64,000 nt of DNA, from assembly GCA_964423885.1 (NCBI GenBank), contig CAYRGD010000003.1, positions 73,270 through 137,269 of the forward strand, given 5' to 3'. Source of the DNA: an uncultured Candidatus Saccharibacteria bacterium. GTDB taxonomy: Bacteria; Patescibacteriota; UBA1384; JACPKC01. The position numbers and the translations under genes are program-made. Numbering within the stretch: position 1 is the stretch's first letter; every line of letters starts with the position of its first letter. The notes beneath the pieces are model-generated. The model had not been told where the DNA came from and did not search any database. It was given only the letters and a program-made list of their open reading frames with translations. This document shows, piece by piece, positions 56,903 to 64,000 of this stretch.

Positions 56903-57062
56903 AAAGTATCCTTCTTGCTTACTTGCTGACTGCTGTACGAGAGCGCCGTATCGACCACACTGGCCACTTCCAGGACAGTATACCGAAAGATCGGAATGCA
57001 ACCAGGTGGACAACGGGGCCGGATCGCGGTATAGTCCTTTGGTTCACCAAGGGAATCCTCCT

Positions 57063-58883
57063 ATGACCGACCCGACCACCATCCGCAATATCGCGATCAT
57101 CGCCCACGTCGACCACGGCAAAACCACGCTCGTCGACGGACTCTTGAAGCAGTCCAAACTGTTCCGCGAGAACGAGGCCGCCATGGGCCAGGAACTCATC
57201 ATGGATTCCAACGACCAGGAACGCGAGCGCGGGATCACGATCCTGGCCAAGCAGACCTCGGTCACCTGGAACGGGTACAAGATCAACATCGTGGATACGC
57301 CCGGCCACGCGGATTTCGGCGGCGAGGTCGAACGGACGCTCAACCTGGCCGACGGCGTCGTGCTCGTGATCGACGCCAAAGAAGGCCCGATGCCGCAGAC
57401 CAAGTTTGTCCTGAAGAAAGCGCTCGAGCTGAAGCTCCGCCCGATCGTCGTCATCAACAAGATCGATAAGCCCGACGCGCGGGTCGACGAGGTCGTCTCG
57501 CTCACCTCGGACCTGTTCCTCGACCTGGCGACCGACGACAGCCAGCTCGAGTTCCCGATCTACTACGCGATCGGCCGCGACGGGAAAGCCTGGGCCGAGA
57601 TGCCGGCCGATCCCACGGCCCCGGCCGACCTGGCGCCGCTGTTCGAAGGCATCATCGAGCACGTACCGGCGCCGCACGTGGAAACCGGTCCGTTCCAGTT
57701 GCTGGTCGCCTCGCTCGACTGGGACAACTACCAAGGCAAGTATGCGATCGGCCGCATCCGCCGCGGCAGCATCAAGGCTGGCCAGCGCGTCATGATCGTG
57801 GGCGAGCAGGGTGCACCGCTCGCCGCAGCGGTCGACAAGGTTTTCGTGAACGTGGGCCTCAAGCGCGACGAGGTCGCCGAGGCGGGGGCGGGCGAGATCG
57901 TGGCCCTGACCGGCCTTGCGGCCGCAAGTATCGGCGATACGGTTGCCGACCCGGCCGACGCCACGGCCCTGCCTCGGATCAGCGTCGAGGAGCCGACGCT
58001 CAAGATGACCGTGGGCGCCAACACCTCGCCGTTCGCGGGCCGTGAGGGCAAGTTCGTGACCAGCCGCCAGATCCTCGACCGCATCAAGAAAGAGCTCGAA
58101 GTGAACGTCGCCATTAAGATGGAAGAGACGCCCGGCGGTGAGTTCGTGCTGGCCGGCCGCGGCGAACTCCACCTGTCGGTCTTCATCGAAACGATGCGGC
58201 GCGAGGGATACGAACTGCAGGTCGGCAAGCCGCAAGTAGTGACCAAAGTGGTCGACGGCACCACCGTCGAACCGGTCGAGGAATTGATCGTCGACGTGGC
58301 CGAGGAATATGCCGGTGCGGTCACGGCTGAGCTGGGCCGACGACGCGCGGTGTTCATGGGTCAGCAGCCGAATACCGACAGTTCGGTACGGCTCACGTTC
58401 GAGGCGACCACGCGCGCGCTACTCGGCCTGCGTAGCCAGCTACTTACCTTATCGCGCGGTACGGCGGTGATGAACTCGCTGTTCCTGCGGTTCGCGCCGG
58501 TCGCCGCTGCGCTGCCCAAGCTGCGCAATGGCGCATTGGTTGCATCGGATACCGGCAAGGCGGTCGCCTACGGGTTGGATATCGCCCAGGGCCGGGGTAT
58601 CACCTTCATTCCGCCGCAGACGCAGGTGTACGAAGGGATGATCGTGGGCCTCAACTCGCGCGAAACCGACCTGGAAATCAACGTCACCAAGGAAAAGAAG
58701 CTCACCAATATCCGCGCGTCCGGTTCCGACGACGCGATCGTGCTCACCCCGTTCACGAACTTGAGCCTCGAAGAGTGCTTGGACTTCCTCGAAGAGGACG
58801 AACTGCTCGAAGTAACACCCGCCAGCCTGCGACTGCGCAAGCGGCTGCTCAAGGCCAACGACCGGGCCAAAGCGCGTAAGTGA
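57063..58883 (+). CDS. typA: Translational GTPase TypA/BipA
   Basis: NIAIIAHVDHGKTTL G1 motif and DTPGHADF G3 motif. Full TypA length (606 aa). Confidence 0.95.
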   Translation: MTDPTTIRNIAIIAHVDHGKTTLVDGLLKQSKLFRENEAAMGQELIMDSNDQERERGITILAKQTSVTWNGYKINIVDTPGHADFGGEVERTLNLADGVVLVIDAKEGPMPQTKFVLKKALELKLRPIVVINKIDKPDARVDEVVSLTSDLFLDLATDDSQLEFPIYYAIGRDGKAWAEMPADPTAPADLAPLFEGIIEHVPAPHVETGPFQLLVASLDWDNYQGKYAIGRIRRGSIKAGQRVMIVGEQGAPLAAAVDKVFVNVGLKRDEVAEAGAGEIVALTGLAAASIGDTVADPADATALPRISVEEPTLKMTVGANTSPFAGREGKFVTSRQILDRIKKELEVNVAIKMEETPGGEFVLAGRGELHLSVFIETMRREGYELQVGKPQVVTKVVDGTTVEPVEELIVDVAEEYAGAVTAELGRRRAVFMGQQPNTDSSVRLTFEATTRALLGLRSQLLTLSRGTAVMNSLFLRFAPVAAALPKLRNGALVASDTGKAVAYGLDIAQGRGITFIPPQTQVYEGMIVGLNSRETDLEINVTKEKKLTNIRASGSDDAIVLTPFTNLSLEECLDFLEEDELLEVTPASLRLRKRLLKANDRAKARK

Positions 58884-58904
58884 GAGGCTTCCTGGTAACG
58901 CGCA

Positions 58905-58929
58905 CTGCCCCGACCAATGGTCGGGGCAG
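58905..58929. terminator. Bidirectional terminator (stem CTGCCCCGAC/GTCGGGGCAG)
   Basis: Read directly from the sequence. Lies between convergent typA and the DUF378 gene. Confidence 0.6.
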
Positions 58930-58936
58930 TCTCGTC

Positions 58937-59149
58937 TTACTTGGAATCCATCATCTTGCCGCCCATCATGACGACAATATAGAGCGCCGCGATACCGACC
59001 AGGTCGTACACGACCTTGGCCGCCATCGACATGTCGCCGCCCGTCAGCGAACCGACGAGGTTGTAGCCGAAGAAGCCGACAAGACCCCAATTCAAGGCGC
59101 CGACGATCACAAGGATCCACGCCACCCAATCCAAGGCATTCATCTTCAT
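58937..59149 (-). CDS. DUF378 family small membrane protein
   Basis: 70 aa with two TM helices and the ALNWGLVGFFGYNLV signature. Confidence 0.7.
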   Translation of the reverse strand: MKMNALDWVAWILVIVGALNWGLVGFFGYNLVGSLTGGDMSMAAKVVYDLVGIAALYIVVMMGGKMMDSK

Positions 59150-59234
59150 CTGCCCTCACCCCCTCCCGCCCACTATGGAATTGTTACGTCCATACTACCA
59201 GACGATGAGAATCGGCTGAAACCGAACCCGTGCG

Positions 59235-59263
59235 TTGACGGCCCGCCGATGACCGTGTATCGT
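59235..59263 (+). promoter_or_regulatory. Candidate sigma70-type promoter (TTGACG–17 nt–TATCGT) about 550 nt upstream of SBBP paralog 2
   Basis: Hexamers and spacing read from the sequence. No experimental support. Confidence 0.3.
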
Positions 59264-59714
59264 TGGGCGTCGAACAAGAGAAGGCAACATCTTCGCCCCG
59301 CGTGAAGGTGTTTCTCTTTTTTCACCTTAATACTTAAGAAGGAGGTATGTCAGATTGAATTCGTCATGACCCGATACGGTCCGAACAGTACTTAGAGAAA
59401 GGATTCGTATCACTTGAGAAGAAGTAGACAAAAGACCCAACGCGGCACGAAGAACGCCGCGCGAAAACTGCCCCAGCAACCGAAGCGCCGTCTCCTCGAG
59501 AGGCAACGACAGGAACGCTCTCGGGAGTCCGTGCGTAGTGCCGGCAGAGGTTAAGCAAAGCAAAGAAGAAGCTTCGGAGCAGCAAGGCGGCGTAACCGCC
59601 GCCGCTTCGCCCCGCGAGAAACGGCCGAAAGGCCATCTCGACCAGCCGTTCGTTCGGTTGGTCTTGCAAGCGGCCGCGAACAACTAACACACGCCAGCCT
59701 GGCTGGCACGACCG

Positions 59715-59763
59715 GACCCGATTCCCTCGGCTTGCGTAGCGCAACCGGGAACCGGGTCTTTTT
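59715..59763 (+). promoter_or_regulatory. Terminator/attenuator-like hairpin in the leader (12-bp stem with 1 mismatch, 20-nt loop, TTTTT), followed by TATACT 26 nt upstream of the ATG
   Basis: GACCCGATTCCC…GGGAACCGGGTC then TTTTT. A near-consensus -10 (TATACT, 59783-59788) follows. Confidence 0.3.
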
Positions 59764-59813
59764 CCTGTCCAACTCCGGACGTATACTGGAACCAACCAAG
59801 GAGGTACCGCTTC

Positions 59814-62423
59814 ATGACGCACCGACGACTACTTGCGCTGGTTTTGCTCGTATCCCTCCAAGCACTAGGTCTCCAGATCACAGCCCCGAGCCGTGACGAC
59901 ACTGCTACGGCCGCCGCCCAATCCGCCTTCGCCACCCTCCCGCTCGCCTTCGAACCCAATATGGGGCAGGCGGATAGCTCGGTGGATTTCCTCGTCCACC
60001 ACGGCCAGGCGGTAACGGCATTTTCCAGCGCGGGTACGATCACAAGCGTCGGAGACAAACAGATCACGATGTCATTGGATGGCGCAGCCGCCCAAGTTTT
60101 TTCGGGCAGCGATGAGCTCTCATCCAAAACCAACTACTTCGTTGGCAATGACCAGTCCCAGTGGCACTCAGATATCCCGAACTTCGGGAAGTTACTGGCG
60201 AAAAATGTGTATCCCGGCATCGATCTCGCCTACTATGGCACGAACTCGCAGCTGGAACATGATTTCATCGTTGCTCCGGGCGTCGATTACCGGCAAATCG
60301 CGTTCGGTTTCACCGGGCAGGACAACCTGGCCTTAGACGATGACGGCAACCTCGTCTTGAAAGCCGGCGACGACACCCTGACCCTGAATGCCCCGGTGAC
60401 GTACCAGACCGACACCAACTCGAAACACACCATCCCGAGCAACTTCGAGTTGCACGACGGCACCGTCACGATTGCCGTGGCGGACACGTACGATCCGGCG
60501 AAACCGCTCGTGATCGATCCGGTACTGTCGCTCGTGTACTCGACGTACTTGGGCGGGAGCGGGTATGAGACAGGCAGTGTCATCGAGCTTGACGGCAACA
60601 ATATTGCAGTCGACCCATCCGGTAATACCTATATCGTCGGGGAAACCTCGTCCTCTAATTTTCCGACCGCCTCGCCGTACCAGGCCGCCCTTGGCGGGGG
60701 AGACAACGACTTCTACGTTGCGAAATTCAATCCTTCTGGTAGTGCGCTGGTCTACTCGACGTACATCGGTGGATCGGGTGCAGAGAACACGCCGTCCATT
60801 GCCGTGGATATTTCGGGTGACGTCTATATGACTGGCGGGACGAGATCGACAAACTTCCCGGTCGTGGGCGCGTTTCAGGCGAGCCATGCGGGCGGTACGG
60901 ACGATGCGATTCTCCTGAAGTTGAATGCTGCTGGTTCCGCACTAACATACTCGACCTACTTCGGGGGGACCGGCCAGGACAATGGTCCCGGAGGCGGGAC
61001 GTCGGTTGCCGTCGACTCCTCGGGCAATGCGTATATCACCGGCTCAACGAGCTCGTCCAATCTTCCAACGCTGTCACCAATCCAGGGAAGTTATAGTGGC
61101 GGTGTGAACGATGCATTTATTGTGAAGTTCAATGCTACGGGCTCGGCGCTTATCTATTCCACCTACCTTGGCGGCAACAGCAGTGATATCGGCGCTGAAA
61201 TCGCAGTTGACGCATCAGGGAGTGCCTACGTGGTGGGGCTTACCTCGTCGAGCACATTTCCCACCACGGCACCGTTCCAAGCGAGCAGTGGCGGCGGATT
61301 CGACGCGTTCGTCACGAAGCTGAATCCGGCCGGATCGGCGCGCGTGTATTCAACCTATCTCGGTGGCAGCGGCGACGATCGAGGGTTTGGCATCGCCATC
61401 GATTCGAGCGGGAACGCATATATTGTCGGAAAGACGTCCTCGTCGAACTTCCCCACCGTCTCGCCAATCCAGGCGACATACGGCGGCTCAGGCGACGCGT
61501 TCGTCACGAAGCTCAATGCCGTTGGTTCAGCGCTGACATATTCAACCTTCGTCGGCGGCTCAGGCGATGACGAAGGGTACGAGATCGGACTTGATAGTGG
61601 CAATAACGCATATATTACCGGTTACACGGATTCGTCCAACTTTCCGATGAGTTCGGCATATCAAGCGAGTAATGCCGGTGGAGCGGATGCGTTCGTGACA
61701 AAGATGAACGCAGCGGGCTCGGCGTACGGATACTCCACCTATCTCGGTGGCAGCGGTACGGATTTTGGTAATAGCCTGGCTGTACGCTTGGACGGTGATG
61801 TCTACGTGACCGGCAGTACGGCCTCGACGAACTTCCCGACAAAGTCGCCCTTCCAGGCCAGCAATGCCGGTGGGACGAATGACGCGTTCGTCTTCCAGCT
61901 CACCGAGCATGCCGTCGACCTTGCCGCCCGTGTCGACCCGACCCTCACCTTCGCGGTGGGCAGCACGAGTTGCGCCCTTGGCACGCTCTCGACTACCCAG
62001 ACGCAACAGTGCACGTACACGCTGTCGGCTGCGACCAACGGCGAGTCGGGCTATACGATTACGTACCTGCCTGCCGCGACATTGACCAGCGGCTGGAATA
62101 CGATTGACGCCCTAGGCTCGATGACGGCCAGTACGCTTAATACGGAACAGTTCGGTATCAATCTTGCAGCCAATACCGCAGCGGGCTCGCATACGGCCAC
62201 GGATTTCGGCGCGGCACCCTCGGGCGGATCCGGCCTTGTAGTAGGCAGCTACGTCACGGCTGATGTGTTTAGATTCCTCACTGCCGGCAGTGCCCTCGCA
62301 GCCTCGTTCGGCCCGTCGCTTACCACGGTCTATACTGTCTCGACCATCGCGAATATCGGGAACACGACCGAGGCCGGGGCGTACGGTACGACGATTACCT
62401 TCAACATAGTTGCGGGATACTAG
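59814..62423 (+). CDS. Secreted SBBP/beta-propeller-repeat protein with a DUF7948-like N-terminal domain (paralog 2)
   Basis: AAGGAGG SD. N- and C-terminal regions are highly similar to the 53954-56560 protein (PLAFEPNMGQADSSVDFLVHHGQAVTAFSS…; C-terminal …STIANIGNTTEAG.Y.TTIT.NIVAGY). Confidence 0.75.
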   Translation: MTHRRLLALVLLVSLQALGLQITAPSRDDTATAAAQSAFATLPLAFEPNMGQADSSVDFLVHHGQAVTAFSSAGTITSVGDKQITMSLDGAAAQVFSGSDELSSKTNYFVGNDQSQWHSDIPNFGKLLAKNVYPGIDLAYYGTNSQLEHDFIVAPGVDYRQIAFGFTGQDNLALDDDGNLVLKAGDDTLTLNAPVTYQTDTNSKHTIPSNFELHDGTVTIAVADTYDPAKPLVIDPVLSLVYSTYLGGSGYETGSVIELDGNNIAVDPSGNTYIVGETSSSNFPTASPYQAALGGGDNDFYVAKFNPSGSALVYSTYIGGSGAENTPSIAVDISGDVYMTGGTRSTNFPVVGAFQASHAGGTDDAILLKLNAAGSALTYSTYFGGTGQDNGPGGGTSVAVDSSGNAYITGSTSSSNLPTLSPIQGSYSGGVNDAFIVKFNATGSALIYSTYLGGNSSDIGAEIAVDASGSAYVVGLTSSSTFPTTAPFQASSGGGFDAFVTKLNPAGSARVYSTYLGGSGDDRGFGIAIDSSGNAYIVGKTSSSNFPTVSPIQATYGGSGDAFVTKLNAVGSALTYSTFVGGSGDDEGYEIGLDSGNNAYITGYTDSSNFPMSSAYQASNAGGADAFVTKMNAAGSAYGYSTYLGGSGTDFGNSLAVRLDGDVYVTGSTASTNFPTKSPFQASNAGGTNDAFVFQLTEHAVDLAARVDPTLTFAVGSTSCALGTLSTTQTQQCTYTLSAATNGESGYTITYLPAATLTSGWNTIDALGSMTASTLNTEQFGINLAANTAAGSHTATDFGAAPSGGSGLVVGSYVTADVFRFLTAGSALAASFGPSLTTVYTVSTIANIGNTTEAGAYGTTITFNIVAGY

Positions 62424-62462
62424 GTTGCCCGGCGGCCTGTTCTTGGGTAGGATTCGACAGTT

Positions 62463-63200
62463 ATGACACACGACGCTCCCGCACTCGAGATCGACAAGCT
62501 CGTCAAACGCTACGGCAATGCTACGGCCGTGAACGGTATATCGCTCACGATCAAGCAAGGCGAGTTCTTCGGGTTTTTGGGCCCCAACGGCGCGGGCAAG
62601 TCGTCGACGATCCACTGCATCACCGGTATCGCGACGATTACCAAAGGCCATATCCGGGTCTTCGGCCACGACGTCGAACGCGACTACCGGGCCGCCCGGG
62701 CGTTGGTCGGCCTGTCGCCGCAAGAGGCGAACATCGACATCTTCGCCGAAACCTGGAAGATCCTCGACTACGTTGGCGGCTACTACGGCTTGCCGGGCCC
62801 GGTGCGTAAACAGCGGATCGACGAGCTGCTGGAGCGGTTCGAGCTGACGGAACACCGGCGCAAGGAATTCCGGGCGTTGTCGGGCGGCCTCAAGCGCCGG
62901 GTGATGCTTGCGCGGGCGATGGTGCACAATCCGCCGCTCCTTATTCTCGACGAGCCGACCGCTGGCGTGGACGTGGAGCTGCGCCACGAGCTCTGGCAGT
63001 ACCTGCGCGAGCTCAACAAGGAAGGCAAGACGATCATTTTGACCTCGCACTATCTGGAAGAAGTCGAGCTGCTCTGCCAGCGGGTCGCGATCGTCAACAA
63101 GGGAACAATCGTGGCCGACGACAGGATCGAGGCGTTCACGAAAGGCGGTAAGAAGCTCGAGGAAACCTACCTCGCACTGACGAAGGGGCTCCATGCGTAA
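62463..63200 (+). CDS. ABC transporter ATP-binding protein (ABC-2 exporter type)
   Basis: Walker A GPNGAGKSS, signature LSGGLKRR, and Walker B LLILDEPTAGVD. Confidence 0.9.
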   Translation: MTHDAPALEIDKLVKRYGNATAVNGISLTIKQGEFFGFLGPNGAGKSSTIHCITGIATITKGHIRVFGHDVERDYRAARALVGLSPQEANIDIFAETWKILDYVGGYYGLPGPVRKQRIDELLERFELTEHRRKEFRALSGGLKRRVMLARAMVHNPPLLILDEPTAGVDVELRHELWQYLRELNKEGKTIILTSHYLEEVELLCQRVAIVNKGTIVADDRIEAFTKGGKKLEETYLALTKGLHA

Positions 63201-63963
63201 GACGAACTGGATCGGGCTCGGGATGATGGTCCGGCGCGAGGTCGAGCGGATGCTCGGTGCCGCGGTGCAGACCTTGGTGACGCCGTGGATCAGCGCCCTG
63301 CTCTACATCTTTATTTTCGGGCGCGTCGTGGGCGGGCAGATCTCGAGCTTCGGCGAGTGGAGTTATATCGACTTCGTCCTGCCGGGCGTGCTCATGATGA
63401 GCCTCATCAACGCCGCGTTCGCCCACTCGAGCTTTTCGGTGTACTTCGGCCGGTTCACGAAGAACATCGAAGAAGTGTTAGTGGCGCCGCTGTCGTACGG
63501 CGAGATCATCGCGAGTTACGTGATCGGCGGAGTGATCCGTGGCCTGGTCGTGGGCGCGGGCATCTACCTGATCGCCGTGCTCTTCAGCGCCGCGACCGTG
63601 AACCATCTGGGTTTGTTCCTGTTCTACTCGATCGCGGTGTCGGCGATCTTCTCGCTCGTCGGCATGGTCGTGGGCCTGTGGGCCAAGAGCTTCGAGCAAC
63701 TGTCGGTCTTGAGCGTCTTCGTGTTTACGCCGCTCACGTTTTTGGGCGGGGTCTTCAACTCGATCAGCATGTTCCCGCAGGGCATCCAGACGGTCGTCCG
63801 CCTGAACCCGTTCTTCTACTTTATCGGCGGCATCCGCTACTCGATGATCGGGTTCCAGGAATCGAGCCAGGTGCTCGGTTTGGGGCTTATCCTTGTCCTG
63901 CTTGTCGGCTCGGCACTGCTGGTTAATTTGCTCTTCCGGCGCGGGTACGGGATCCGCGTCTAA
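63193..63963 (+). CDS. ABC-2 family transporter permease
   Basis: Six TM helices. Overlaps the upstream ATPase gene by 8 nt. ABC-2 type membrane domain. Confidence 0.85.
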   Translation: MRKTNWIGLGMMVRREVERMLGAAVQTLVTPWISALLYIFIFGRVVGGQISSFGEWSYIDFVLPGVLMMSLINAAFAHSSFSVYFGRFTKNIEEVLVAPLSYGEIIASYVIGGVIRGLVVGAGIYLIAVLFSAATVNHLGLFLFYSIAVSAIFSLVGMVVGLWAKSFEQLSVLSVFVFTPLTFLGGVFNSISMFPQGIQTVVRLNPFFYFIGGIRYSMIGFQESSQVLGLGLILVLLVGSALLVNLLFRRGYGIRV

Positions 63964-64000
63964 CCATGATGAGGGTAGCTGCGGCCATCTGCCTGCTGGG

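Noticed and set aside
56919-58235. 438-aa minus-strand ORF opposite typA
   Set aside because: TypA is unambiguous. The antisense ORF is an Arg/Asp/Gly-rich GC artefact.
59340-59400. Tiny ORFs after an AAGGAGG in the SBBP-2 leader (M-S-D-stop; MTRYGPNST-stop) as possible leader peptides
   Set aside because: They are too short, and the SD spacing for the first is about 1 nt. Nothing distinguishes them from chance.
62112-63194. 360-aa minus-strand ORF opposite the ABC transporter ATPase gene
   Set aside because: The plus-strand ATPase has complete Walker A/B and signature motifs. The antisense ORF is low-complexity.

Overview
This 64 kb window is a high-GC (~65% by eye) bacterial chromosome segment that uses TGA as a stop codon. 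Genes are densely packed and many adjacent genes overlap by ATGA/TGATG, which suggests translational coupling. The phylum cannot be assigned from sequence alone. A Patescibacteria/CPR-like or other small-genome lineage is possible, given the RRM proteins, SBBP-repeat surface proteins, giant surface protein and pilin-like gene.

Content from left to right:
- 6-4097: a pilin-like membrane protein, a sugar-ABC substrate-binding lipoprotein, galU, Hsp20 and a ComF-family protein.
- 4145-20470: a ~16 kb surface-polysaccharide biosynthesis cluster. It holds a nucleotide-sugar epimerase and dehydrogenase, a large polytopic membrane protein, AsnB-type amidotransferase, uppS, two SAM methyltransferases, four GT4 and two GT2 glycosyltransferases, a Wzx-like flippase and DUF2304.
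- 20467-24022: folD, glyA and ugd.
- 24667-28258: a translationally coupled stress/repair operon with two embedded tRNA-Ser genes. Its genes are mscL, a SWIB-domain protein, DUF1801 x2, DUF1653, an HhH protein, msrA, a CsaA-like tRNA-binding protein and msrB.
- 28255-38913: a 726-aa coiled-coil protein divergent from dnaG-rpoD, then lgt, a polysaccharide deacetylase, a PduO-type adenosyltransferase, a disulfide oxidoreductase, a YjeF_N epimerase and a holin-like protein.
- 38975-41370: tRNA-Asn with a terminator, followed directly by a ~2.3 kb low-GC islet. This islet is the most unusual element. It carries a DUF262/DUF1524 (GmrSD/SspE/BrxU-like) nuclease 5 nt upstream of a small protein that, recalled from memory, looks like the N-terminal domain of eukaryotic opioid growth factor receptor (OGFr_N). 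This is a candidate uncharacterised two-gene defence or accessory module.
- 41384-49185: a Tat-signal proline-rich 'PIPxPK'-repeat protein, rlmD, a VOC-family protein and two processive-type GT2 synthases (QxxRW motif).
- 49261-53970: a 1569-aa repeat-rich surface protein whose reading frame continues through a C-terminal TM helix into an RRM-like domain.
- 53954-63963: two paralogous SBBP/beta-propeller-repeat secreted proteins flanking a standalone RRM protein, typA and DUF378, then an ABC-2 exporter pair.

No CRISPR array, rRNA, integrase or transposase was recognised.
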